Assembly: GCA_033809515.1 (NCBI GenBank) | Contig: JAPXLN010000007.1 | Location: forward strand, 9,348 to 73,347 | DNA: 64,000 nucleotides | Reading direction: 5' to 3' | DNA from: Bacillota bacterium | Lineage (GTDB): Bacteria; Bacillota; Sulfobacillia; Fermentithermobacillales; Fermentithermobacillaceae | Part shown: in pieces, positions 40,149 to 48,912 of the stretch | Layout of the letters: the number at the start of each line of letters is the position of its first letter | Numbering within the stretch: position 1 is the stretch's first letter | Position numbers and translations under genes: made by a program | The notes under the pieces: model-generated | Database searches by the model: none | Seen by the model: only the letters and a program-made list of their open reading frames with translations | What the model was told of the DNA's origin: nothing

Positions 40149-40349
40149 TTACGCCATATCAGGCGATTCAGGGATGATCAACGCAGCCACAAAGTAGAGT
40201 ATTACTCCCGGCACAAAGCCTGTTACTGCTGTAATCAAGGCGAAGCCAAGCCTTACCAGGGTCTCGTCCACAGAAAAAAACTCTGCCAGACCTCCACAAA
40301 CACCTGAGATCATCCGTTTTGCCCTTGAGCGATACAGTTTCTTCTCCAT
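40149..40349 (-). CDS. pspC: PspC domain protein
   Basis: KKLYRSRAKRMISGVCGGLAEFFSVDETLVRL...LYFVAALIIP. Confidence 0.92.
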   Translation of the reverse strand: MEKKLYRSRAKRMISGVCGGLAEFFSVDETLVRLGFALITAVTGFVPGVILYFVAALIIPESPDMA

Positions 40350-40485
40350 CAAATTCTCCCCCTGCGCAGCCTCTTCATCTATGGTTCCACCGTCAAAACC
40401 ATATTACGCATATTCCTTCTTCGTGTAACAGACTCCCTTACGGAAGTTTAATTGTATGACAATTTGGCATGTGTCAAAATCCTTA

Positions 40486-40514
40486 TTGCACAACAGCCCC
40501 CTTAATGATAAGTT
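40486..40514 (+). promoter_or_regulatory. Putative sigma-A promoter of the hpt-pur operon
   Basis: TTGCAC-17-TAAGTT with an extended -10 TG. Confidence 0.45.
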
Positions 40515-40575
40515 GAACTACAGGTAGACCGACTTGGGCCCGGCCCAAGGTCGTCGCCTGAAAAGAGGTGCCAAG

Positions 40576-41109
40576 ATGGACAGGTCAAGAGAGAAAATCA
40601 GCGTCTTAATAAGCCAGCAGGAGCTGCAAAAAAGAGTTAAGGAATTGGCCGATGAGATTTCTGCGGACTACGCCGGCCGTGACCTTCTGCTCATTGGAGT
40701 CCTGAAGGGGAGTTTTGTGTTTCTTGCCGATCTTATGCGTAACATGGATCATCACATCACCGTAGATTTCATGGGAACATCAAGCTACGGCGATTCAACT
40801 AAGTCGTCAGGCGAGGTCAGAATCACCAAAGACCTTGAAAAGAGCGTGGCCGGACGTCACGTTCTCCTGGTTGAAGACATAGTGGACTCGGGTCTTACGT
40901 TACGCTACCTTCTGGATACATTGCGCACAAGACAACCTGCGAGCCTCAAAGTGTGTGCGCTGCTGGATAAGCCGGCCCGGCGCTCTGTTCGAGTAAGCCT
41001 TGATTACTACGGGTTCATAATCCCCAATGCCTTTGTGGTAGGCTATGGTCTTGATTATGACGAGCGATTTCGGGGACTTCCATACGTTGGGGTGCTGGAA
41101 GAGTTTTAG
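40576..41109 (+). CDS. hpt: Hypoxanthine phosphoribosyltransferase
   Basis: GVLKGSF, SSYG, LLVEDIVDSGLTL and FVVGYGLDYDE. Confidence 0.97.
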   Translation: MDRSREKISVLISQQELQKRVKELADEISADYAGRDLLLIGVLKGSFVFLADLMRNMDHHITVDFMGTSSYGDSTKSSGEVRITKDLEKSVAGRHVLLVEDIVDSGLTLRYLLDTLRTRQPASLKVCALLDKPARRSVRVSLDYYGFIIPNAFVVGYGLDYDERFRGLPYVGVLEEF

Positions 41110-41120
41110 CAGGAGCGGAG

Positions 41121-41687
41121 GTGGAGGCGGTGACAGATGGCATGGAGCTAGAAGCTCCCCTGAAAAAGGACTCAAGTCCCAGGATCGGCGTGGTCCTCGG
41201 GAGCTTATCTGATCTTGACAAGGTCAAGGGTCTTTGGCAGGTTCTGGAGAGGTTTGCCGTTCCGTATGAAGTGACTGTAATCTCCGCCCACAGGACCCCT
41301 GATATTCTGAGGGAATACTGTGAGAGCGCGCCTTCTCGCGGAGTTCAGCTGATAGTTGGGTGCGCCGGCCTTTCTGCTGCTTTGCCGGGCGTAATAGCTT
41401 CATTGACTGATATTCCGGTTATCGGACTTCCGGTTGCATCGGGTCCTCTTAACGGGATTGATGCTCTTCTCTCTATAGCTCAGATGCCTCCAGGCGTGCC
41501 GGTGGCAACCACCGGGATTAACGGAGCAGCAAACGCAGGGCTTTTGGCCATGCGCATTCTGGCCGTGTCAGACCCGGATCTGAGGAGGCAGTTAGCTTCA
41601 TACAGAGAGCACATGGCCGGTGAGACCGTAAAACAGGCAGATTCGTTGCTCGAGCGCGGACTCCCAGGGTGGGAACGGGGAAGATAG
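41121..41687 (+). CDS. purE: N5-CAIR mutase PurE (exact start uncertain)
   Basis: GSLSD, SAHRTP, AGLSAALPG, PVIGLP and QMPPGVPVAT. Confidence 0.95.
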   Translation: MEAVTDGMELEAPLKKDSSPRIGVVLGSLSDLDKVKGLWQVLERFAVPYEVTVISAHRTPDILREYCESAPSRGVQLIVGCAGLSAALPGVIASLTDIPVIGLPVASGPLNGIDALLSIAQMPPGVPVATTGINGAANAGLLAMRILAVSDPDLRRQLASYREHMAGETVKQADSLLERGLPGWERGR

Positions 41688-41714
41688 TTTCTGAGAACTC
41701 TTGGAGATGATGCT

Positions 41715-43157
41715 GTGAAAGGACAGGAGTTTGGAGAAAAGTGCGGCGTGTTTGCAGTGATTGGGCACAATCACGCTGCAGAGCTGTGCCACTATGGTCT
41801 TTACGCTCTCCAGCACCGGGGACAGGAGTCGTCGGGGATAGCGGTTGTAAGAGGCAACCGGATTCAGACATATAAGGGAATGGGTCTTGTGGCGGAAGTG
41901 TTTTCGCCTGAAAAGATCCATGAGTTGAAGGGCGAGATTGCACTGGGTCACGTCCGGTATTCAACTGCAGGCGAGAGTTCCATAGAAAACGCCCAGCCTT
42001 TGACCGTGAAGACCAGACACGGTTTTCTTTCGGTTGCCCATAACGGAAACCTTACCAATGCACGAGAGCTTCGCGCCCGGCTCGAGGAGCGCGGTTCCAT
42101 ATTTCAGACAACGCTCGATACGGAAGTAATCCCTCATCTTCTTGCAGGGTCTTCTGCAGACAGCGTTGATCAAGCTTTCGTTGAAACCCTTGACCAAGTA
42201 CAAGGAGCATATTCACTTGCAGTGATGACGCCCGGCGGCGTCCTGGCGGCAAAGGATCCCTATGGGTTCAGGCCATTATGCCTTGGCAAGATGGAAGGGG
42301 CATGGATTGTATCTTCTGAGACATGCGGACTTGACTCGATAGGCGCAACCTTTGTTCGGGAGCTAGATCCAGGCGAAATCATCTGGATCCCCTGGCCAGG
42401 CGCTGAGGGGTCTGTAACGGGCAATGACGTATATGCAGCTGCCAGGGCCGGCTCAGCCTTAAGAGTCGTCAGGAAAGGCAGCTATGACAGGCAGGCACTG
42501 TGTGTTTTCGAGTTTATCTATTTCGCCAGGCCCGACTCAGATATTTACGGGCTCAACGTACATGCTGTCAGAAAAGCTCTAGGAAGAAAATTGGCCAGGA
42601 AAGCTCCATGCGATGCAGATCTCGTGACAGGGGTGCCAGATTCTTCCCTCTCTGCAGCCAGCGGCTTTGCAGAGGAGTCGGGCATTCCCTATGAAATGGG
42701 CCTGGTCAAGAACCGGTATATAGGTCGCACTTTCATTTCGCCGGATCAGTCAACCCGTGAGTTCGGTGTAAAGGTCAAGCTGAACCCTTTGCGAAGCCTT
42801 GTAGAGGGCAAGCGCGTAGTGCTGGTGGACGATTCCATAGTTCGCGGTACCACCTCTAGGTACATGGTAGGTCTTATGCGATCCGCAGGAGCCCGGGAGG
42901 TTCACGTAAGGATATCGTCGCCTCCTTACAGATTTCCGTGCTACTACGGCATAGACGCGTCCAAGGGACGGGAATTAGCTGCTTCAGCCATGAGTACAGA
43001 GGAGATCCGGCGCGCCATAGACGCTGACAGTCTCGTCTACCTGGATATACAGGATGTCAAAGACGTGCTTGGAACGAAGGTAAGTGGCCTGTGCTTTTCC
43101 TGCTTCAGCGGCACATACCCCGTTGACGCAGGTTCCTGCGGCATTCCGGAAGAATAG
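41715..43157 (+). CDS. purF: Amidophosphoribosyltransferase
   Basis: Propeptide then CGVF, LQHRGQES, GHVRYST, HNGN and VDDSIVRGTT. Confidence 0.97.
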   Translation: MKGQEFGEKCGVFAVIGHNHAAELCHYGLYALQHRGQESSGIAVVRGNRIQTYKGMGLVAEVFSPEKIHELKGEIALGHVRYSTAGESSIENAQPLTVKTRHGFLSVAHNGNLTNARELRARLEERGSIFQTTLDTEVIPHLLAGSSADSVDQAFVETLDQVQGAYSLAVMTPGGVLAAKDPYGFRPLCLGKMEGAWIVSSETCGLDSIGATFVRELDPGEIIWIPWPGAEGSVTGNDVYAAARAGSALRVVRKGSYDRQALCVFEFIYFARPDSDIYGLNVHAVRKALGRKLARKAPCDADLVTGVPDSSLSAASGFAEESGIPYEMGLVKNRYIGRTFISPDQSTREFGVKVKLNPLRSLVEGKRVVLVDDSIVRGTTSRYMVGLMRSAGAREVHVRISSPPYRFPCYYGIDASKGRELAASAMSTEEIRRAIDADSLVYLDIQDVKDVLGTKVSGLCFSCFSGTYPVDAGSCGIPEE

Positions 43158-43165
43158 CTGGTGTT

Positions 43166-44191
43166 TTGAGGGAGGGCAGGCGAATTTTGAGCGAGTACAA
43201 GAAGGCAGGCGTAGACATTGACGGTGCCCTTGATTCTGTTGAGAAGGTAAAGCGCATTGCAGCTTCAACCTATGGGCCCGGAGTGCTTTCCGGGGTCGGG
43301 GGTTTTTCCGGCCTTTTTCATCCCGGGGTCTTTTCTTTTGAAGATATGGTTCTTGCAGCCGGAGCCGACGGCGTAGGCACCAAGGTCAAAATATCTCAGG
43401 CCATGGGCAAGCACGACACAGTGGGCATAGACCTGGTGGCCATGAACGTTGACGACGTAGTTACTTCGGGGGCAAGGCCTCTGTTTTTCCTGGATTACAT
43501 TGCAGTAGGCAAGTTAGACAAAGGCGTAATAGAAGACCTTGTCAGCGGGGTGGCGGAAGGCTGTAAAATGGCAGGATGCGCCCTCTTAGGGGGCGAAACT
43601 GCCCAGATGTCGGATATCTACGCCGAAGGGGAATACGATTTGGCCGGCTTCTGCGTGGGGGCGGTGGAAAAGACCGGGATAATCGACGGAAGCAGGATAA
43701 ACGCCGGGGACATCCTGGTCGGATTAGCTTCGTCAGGGCTTCACTCTAACGGATATTCCCTGGCGAGAAAGGTTCTGCTTGCAGACGCAGGCTTTGGCCT
43801 GGACCAATACATGCCGGACCTTGGCAGGACCCTTGGGGAAGAGCTCCTTGAGCCTACACGGATATATGCTAAGAGTATGGTTGAGCTCATTGATCTAGTC
43901 GACGTGAAGGGCATAGCTCATGTAACCGGCGGGGGTCTCCTTGGGAACCTCTCCCGTATCCTTCCCCGGGGGCTGAAGGCTGTCTTGTCTTTGGACTGGC
44001 CTGTTCCCCCTGTGTTTGAGATTATCCGCAAGGCCGGGCGCATTTCTCGTCAGGAGATGCTCCGGGTGTTTAACATGGGCATAGGGATGGCCTTTGTCTT
44101 GGACCCGGATTTGGTGGGCCGCGCCATTGAGGTTCTGATGAACATGGGGATTGACCCCTACATAGCAGGCGAGGTTGTAAGAGATGACTGA
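43166..44191 (+). CDS. purM: AIR synthetase
   Basis: YKKAGVDI, DGVGTK, GGETA, SSGLHSNGYSL and AHVTGGG. Confidence 0.97.
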   Translation: MREGRRILSEYKKAGVDIDGALDSVEKVKRIAASTYGPGVLSGVGGFSGLFHPGVFSFEDMVLAAGADGVGTKVKISQAMGKHDTVGIDLVAMNVDDVVTSGARPLFFLDYIAVGKLDKGVIEDLVSGVAEGCKMAGCALLGGETAQMSDIYAEGEYDLAGFCVGAVEKTGIIDGSRINAGDILVGLASSGLHSNGYSLARKVLLADAGFGLDQYMPDLGRTLGEELLEPTRIYAKSMVELIDLVDVKGIAHVTGGGLLGNLSRILPRGLKAVLSLDWPVPPVFEIIRKAGRISRQEMLRVFNMGIGMAFVLDPDLVGRAIEVLMNMGIDPYIAGEVVRDD

Positions 44192-44828
44192 GGGAAAATT
44201 GCCTCTAGGGGTATTGGTATCGGGCAGGGGGACCAATCTTCAGGCCATACTGGATGGATGCCTGACCGGGGTCATTCCTGCTGACGTCAAGGTTGTCATC
44301 TCTAACAGAAGGAACGCTCTTGCATTGAAGCGCGCAACGTCTCGAGGGGTTCCAGTGGCCTACATAGGGCACAGGGAGTTCGGTCCGGGGCCTGAGGGGC
44401 GGGCCCGCTATGAAGAACGCCTGATTGAGGTCTTAAAGGGATATGGGGTCAACCTGGTGGTTCTGGCAGGGTATGATCGTCTTGTGGGACCCGGAATTCT
44501 GCAGGCGTTTCCTGGCCGGGTCATTAACATACATCCGGCGCTTCTTCCTTCTTTTCCCGGCCTTGAGGCCCAGAAGCAAGCGCTGGAGCACGGGGTCAAA
44601 GTTGCCGGGGCGACTGTGTTCTTTGTGGACCCAACCGTAGACGGCGGCCCGATTATCATCCAGGAAGCGGTGGCCGTTGAGGAAGACGACACTGTAGAGA
44701 CTTTGTCAAACAGGATACTTGAGGCAGAGCACCGCATCCTTCCTGAAGCTATTGGGTTGATAGCCCAGGGGCGCACCCGGATAGAAGGGCGCAGAGTCCG
44801 GATACTCGAAAAGAGGTCATCTACATGA
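44184..44828 (+). CDS. purN: GAR transformylase
   Basis: SGRGTNLQA, NIHPALLPSFPG and DGGPII. Confidence 0.96.
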   Translation: MTEGKLPLGVLVSGRGTNLQAILDGCLTGVIPADVKVVISNRRNALALKRATSRGVPVAYIGHREFGPGPEGRARYEERLIEVLKGYGVNLVVLAGYDRLVGPGILQAFPGRVINIHPALLPSFPGLEAQKQALEHGVKVAGATVFFVDPTVDGGPIIIQEAVAVEEDDTVETLSNRILEAEHRILPEAIGLIAQGRTRIEGRRVRILEKRSST

Positions 44829-46366
44829 AGAAAAGAGCTTTGGTCAGCGTATCTGACAAGACCAACCTTTCGGAATTTGCCCGGGAGCTGGCGAAGGTGG
44901 GCTGGGAGCTGGTTTCCACAGGGGGTACGGCCCGGTTCTTGAGAGAAAGCGGGGTAGACGTGGTTGATGTCAGCAGGGTTACCGGATTTCCGGAGATCCT
45001 GAGTGGACGAGTCAAGACCCTGCATCCGTCTGTTCACGGGGGCATCCTGGCCCGGCGGGATGATCCCGGGCATATGGAGGAGCTTTCCTCTTGCGGCATC
45101 AACCCTTTCGACATGGTAGTATGCAATCTCTACCCTTTTGTGGAGGCGGCGTTGAACCCTGAAGCTGGCTTGGATGAGATCATAGAGCAGATAGACATTG
45201 GCGGGCCTACCCTTCTTCGGGCGGCTGCCAAGAACTTCGCCTGGGTAGTGCCTGTTTCCAATCCAAGGAGGTACCCTGCTGTCATTGAGCAGCTGAAAAC
45301 TACAGGGGATGTAGACCGGGTTACCCGGCGTGACCTTGCAGTTGAGACCTTCTACCACACTGCTTCTTATGACGCGGCCATCGCTTCTTACCTTGGTACG
45401 TCTTTCAAGGGATGGCCCCTGGACTTTCCCCAGGAGCTCACTTTTGGATATCTCAAGGTTCTCAATTTGAGGTACGGCGAGAACCCTCACCAGAAGGCAG
45501 CGTTTTACGAGCCGGTCATTGACCGGGACGTTACTTCCCTGAGAAACGCCCAGATTCAGGGAAAGGATCTTTCCTATAACAACATTAACGATGCTCAAGG
45601 CGCCTTTAAAGCAGTATGGGATTTGCCCCAACCGGCCTGTGTTATTGTAAAACACGCAGCTCCCTGTGGCAGCGCCCTGGGTGCGTCGGCCCGGGAAGCT
45701 TTTGAGAAAGCATTTCAGGGTGACCCGGTTTCTGCCTTCGGAGGCGTTGTGGCGTTCAATTGCCCGGTTGATCGGGAATGCGCCGTAGCTATGAAGAAGG
45801 TATTCCTTGAGGTCGTGCTAGCTCCCTCATATGCACAAGAGGCTCTTGATGTTCTCAAAGCTAAGAAGGATCTGAGAGTGCTCAAGGTTTCGCCTTGCAG
45901 GACCCGCGAACCCTATACCGTCAAACCTGCCCTGGGCGGTCTCTTGGTCCAGGAAGAAGATGCGCTCTTGCCTGAACAAGAGAATTGGCAGGTGGTCTCT
46001 GAAAGGGCGCCGTCGGAACAGGAAATGGAAGACCTTAAGTTTGCCATGGCTGTCTGCAAGCATGTTAGGTCTAACGCGGTAGTTATGGCAAAAGACGGCG
46101 CGACAGTTGGCATAGGCGGTGGACAGCCTAATAGGGTAGACTGTGTCAGAGTAGCGGCGGCCAGGGGAAAAGAGAAAACGGCAGGTTCCTGTATGGCCTC
46201 TGACGCATTTTTCCCGTTTCCCGACGCTGTAGAGGAAGCTGCCAGGGCCGGCATAACCGCTATTGCCCATCCAGGCGGTTCCATAAGGGACAAGGAATCC
46301 CTGGAAGCAGCTAACGCTCACGGCATGGCAATGATAATTACAGGAAGCAGGCACTTCTTGCACTAG
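44825..46366 (+). CDS. purH: Bifunctional AICAR transformylase/IMP cyclohydrolase
   Basis: ALVSVSDK, GRVKTLHP, IDIGGP, LRYGENPHQ and SDAFFPF. Confidence 0.98.
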   Translation: MKKRALVSVSDKTNLSEFARELAKVGWELVSTGGTARFLRESGVDVVDVSRVTGFPEILSGRVKTLHPSVHGGILARRDDPGHMEELSSCGINPFDMVVCNLYPFVEAALNPEAGLDEIIEQIDIGGPTLLRAAAKNFAWVVPVSNPRRYPAVIEQLKTTGDVDRVTRRDLAVETFYHTASYDAAIASYLGTSFKGWPLDFPQELTFGYLKVLNLRYGENPHQKAAFYEPVIDRDVTSLRNAQIQGKDLSYNNINDAQGAFKAVWDLPQPACVIVKHAAPCGSALGASAREAFEKAFQGDPVSAFGGVVAFNCPVDRECAVAMKKVFLEVVLAPSYAQEALDVLKAKKDLRVLKVSPCRTREPYTVKPALGGLLVQEEDALLPEQENWQVVSERAPSEQEMEDLKFAMAVCKHVRSNAVVMAKDGATVGIGGGQPNRVDCVRVAAARGKEKTAGSCMASDAFFPFPDAVEEAARAGITAIAHPGGSIRDKESLEAANAHGMAMIITGSRHFLH

Positions 46367-46378
46367 AGGGGTGTAATC

Positions 46379-47695
46379 TTGAGGATTCTGGTGATAGGGT
46401 CGGGTGGAAGAGAGCATGCCCTGGCATGGGCGCTAAGCAGAAGCCCTTCCGCAGAAGAGGTTTTCGTAGCTCCGGGAAACCCGGGGACCCGTGCAATATC
46501 ATCCAATGTGCCTTTGGATTGGTCTGAGGCTGAAGGCGTGGTGCAGTTTTGTCTTAAGGAACGAGTGGATCTGGTAGCAGTGGGGCCTGAAAACCCTTTG
46601 GCTCAGGGAATAGGCGATGTATTGCGTAGGCACGGTATTGCAACCTTCGGCCCCGGGAAACATGGGGCAATGCTTGAGTCCAGTAAGAGCTATGCAAAGC
46701 GTTTTATGAAGAAGCATGGTATTCCCCATCCCCGGTTTGAGGTGTTTGACCACGCTGACAGCGCTTTGGAGTTTGTTCGGGAAAGCCGGGGACCTTGGGT
46801 TATCAAAGCAGATGGGCTGGCAATGGGAAAAGGTGTTAGCATCCTTGAGGACCGCGACCAGGCCCTTAAAATGATTCCTTGCATTATGGACGGTCAGGTT
46901 TACGGTGAGGCCGGAAAGAAGATCGTAATCGAGGAGTATCTTGAGGGCCGGGAAGTGAGCGCAATGGCTCTCACTGACGGCAAGACCCTCTTAATGCTTC
47001 CTCTGGCAGTTGACCACAAAAGGGTTGGCGATGGCGACTCCGGTCCCATGACCGGGGGGATGGGTGCTTTCTCTCCTGTGCCTTTTGTCAGTCCGGAGAC
47101 GGAGCAGAGAATAGCTCGGGATATTCTTGAAGCTACGTTGAAAGGCTTGATACGGGAGGAGATTGACTTCAGGGGCCTGATCTATGCAGGGCTTATGCTT
47201 ACTGACGATGGTCCCAAAGTGTTGGAGTACAATGTCAGGTTCGGCGATCCGGAGACTCAGTGTGTTCTTCCTCGTCTGAAAGGAGATCTGGCCAGCGTTC
47301 TCATGGATTGTGCCAGAGGGGACCTGGGGATTCGCCGTGAATCACCTATGGAGATCAGCTCCGGGGCATGCGTTACGGTTGTGCTAGCTTCCGGTGGCTA
47401 TCCGGGCGAGTACAAAAAGGGCCTGGAGATCCGGGGTCTCGACCGGGGTCTTGATAGGTCTGACCATGCATTTGAGAAAGATGACGTATGTGTGTTTCAC
47501 GCAGGCACCACAGAGGGTATGGCATCTGATGGTTCTGAGGGAGATCATCCTCTTTCCACAAACGGGGGCAGAGTTCTTGCTGTCAGCGCCGTGGCAGACA
47601 CTCTCGGCCAAGCCCGGGAAAAGGCGTACAGAGCCGCAAGAGGCATTACCTTCGAGGGCGTTTACTACCGCACTGACATAGCAGCCGGGGTGTGA
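46379..47695 (+). CDS. purD: Phosphoribosylamine-glycine ligase
   Basis: GSGGREHA, KADGLAMGKGV, GPMTGGMG, EYNVRFGDPE and GGRVL. Confidence 0.98.
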   Translation: MRILVIGSGGREHALAWALSRSPSAEEVFVAPGNPGTRAISSNVPLDWSEAEGVVQFCLKERVDLVAVGPENPLAQGIGDVLRRHGIATFGPGKHGAMLESSKSYAKRFMKKHGIPHPRFEVFDHADSALEFVRESRGPWVIKADGLAMGKGVSILEDRDQALKMIPCIMDGQVYGEAGKKIVIEEYLEGREVSAMALTDGKTLLMLPLAVDHKRVGDGDSGPMTGGMGAFSPVPFVSPETEQRIARDILEATLKGLIREEIDFRGLIYAGLMLTDDGPKVLEYNVRFGDPETQCVLPRLKGDLASVLMDCARGDLGIRRESPMEISSGACVTVVLASGGYPGEYKKGLEIRGLDRGLDRSDHAFEKDDVCVFHAGTTEGMASDGSEGDHPLSTNGGRVLAVSAVADTLGQAREKAYRAARGITFEGVYYRTDIAAGV

Positions 47696-47701
47696 ACGAA
47701 C

Positions 47702-48226
47702 ATGGAGTTCCGTGAAAGTGGACCGAAGCGGCAGGTAGATGCTTCAAGACTGTTGCCGAGGATAGCTCTTGTGGCCGCAGTCTATGTTCTTTTGACCGTG
47801 TTGCCCCCGTTCAACGCTCTTAGCTATGGTCCCCTGCAAGTACGGGTGGCAGAAGCCCTGTCGGTGCTCCCCTTTGTTTTTCCTTGGGCCGTCTGGGCCC
47901 TCTACTTAGGCTGTATCCTGGCGAACCTGGGGAGCCCCTTTTTTGTGTGGGACGTCACTTTGGGAGCCCTTGGTACGCTGGCTGCCGCTTTGCTGACCCG
48001 TAAGGTCAAGGCCAAGGCCCTGGCACCTTTGCCTCCAGTGATAGTCAACGCCCTGGTTGTTCCTACCTATATGGCGCCTCTTAGCGGTCTTCCTTACTGG
48101 TCAGCTGCGCTGTATGTGGCAGCGGGTGAGGTTGTTGCTTGTTACGGGTTGGGTTACCCTCTTCTGGTATGGCTTCTGAGGAACGAAGGCATCAGAAGCC
48201 TTTTGCAGGGCTCACCGAACGATTGA
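47702..48226 (+). CDS. queT: QueT-family membrane transporter
   Basis: SYGPLQVRVAEAL, GCILANLGSP and PPVIVNA. Confidence 0.85.
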   Translation: MEFRESGPKRQVDASRLLPRIALVAAVYVLLTVLPPFNALSYGPLQVRVAEALSVLPFVFPWAVWALYLGCILANLGSPFFVWDVTLGALGTLAAALLTRKVKAKALAPLPPVIVNALVVPTYMAPLSGLPYWSAALYVAAGEVVACYGLGYPLLVWLLRNEGIRSLLQGSPND

Positions 48227-48592
48227 GTCTACGCCGTTTCCGGCTCCCTCTATGGTGATTGTCATACGGTTAGGGATGCAGACAATGGTCTGGCCGGGTT
48301 TGGAGATCCAGCCTGTTCTTATGCATATGCGCTCCGGGCAGAAACCGGGCTCTTGAGGCGAAATCCTCACCTTTCCGGCCCCGTACTCAATGATGGCATG
48401 CCCGCCTGGAAGCCCTACTGTCCTGGCCGATATGTATGGTTCGTCTAGGGCTAACCGGGCCGATTCAGTCCCGTCTACTTTTACTACGGCTACGGTATTG
48501 CCTGTTGACAGTGGCATGTTCAGGAAGGTTGCCCACATACAGACGGCAAGGGTCAAACAGGCGATTATGATGGTAATGTCGCCTCTTTTCGT
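48212..48592 (-). CDS. NusG domain II-containing (Lin0431/DUF1312-like) membrane-anchored protein; start extended to an ACG codon
   Basis: CPERICIRTGWISKPGQTIVCIPNR signature. In-frame ACG-AAA-AGA-GGC-GAC (M-K-R-G-D) lies 7 nt after AAGGAGG; a TG-n-TATAAT is at 48612-48620. Confidence 0.8.
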   Translation of the reverse strand, partial: TKRGDITIIIACLTLAVCMWATFLNMPLSTGNTVAVVKVDGTESARLALDEPYISARTVGLPGGHAIIEYGAGKVRISPQEPGFCPERICIRTGWISKPGQTIVCIPNRMTITIEGAGNGVDSIVR

Positions 48593-48683
48593 AGCAATCC
48601 CTCCTTCAGATATTATATCAGGGTCGGCTATGTCGGACCTCCTCGAAAACTCGTCAAATGTGTGAGTTTGTGTCGGATTTTGG

Positions 48684-48712
48684 TTGACAAAAGTGTCTGT
48701 TATATATAAAAT
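48684..48712 (+). promoter_or_regulatory. Near-consensus sigma-A promoter of the DUF6754 operon
   Basis: TTGACA-17-TAAAAT in a locally AT-rich stretch. Confidence 0.75.
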
Positions 48713-48741
48713 ATATTTTTACCTCAAAACAGCCTCAGAAA

Positions 48742-48770
48742 GAAGGAATTCTTCAGAAGACAGAGAATAT
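48742..48770 (+). promoter_or_regulatory. Consensus sigma-H-type promoter of the DUF6754 operon
   Basis: GAAGGAATT-11-AGAGAATAT, a full match to RnAGGAWWW-11-RnnGAATww. Confidence 0.65.
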
Positions 48771-48912
48771 ACATCCACCGAAGGCACGGACCTTACAACC
48801 GGCAACAGAACTTGATCCCTATTTCTATCGCACATCTAATGCACTAATCCATCTCTTTAGCAATGCGGCTGGGGTACCGGCCTATCTCCTGCAAGGAAGG
48901 GGGTGAAGAAGC

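Noticed and set aside
40515-40575. Guanine, ZTP or PRPP riboswitch, or a PurBox, for the pur operon
   Set aside because: The conserved cores of these elements are not present; only an unclassified hairpin, reported separately.
44408-45655. Long antisense ORFs (also 10884-11846, 35470-36225, 50349-51434, 56115-56813, 58384-59118 and many shorter ones)
   Set aside because: They lie opposite well-supported genes, lack SDs and motifs, and are typical shadow ORFs of GC-rich coding DNA.
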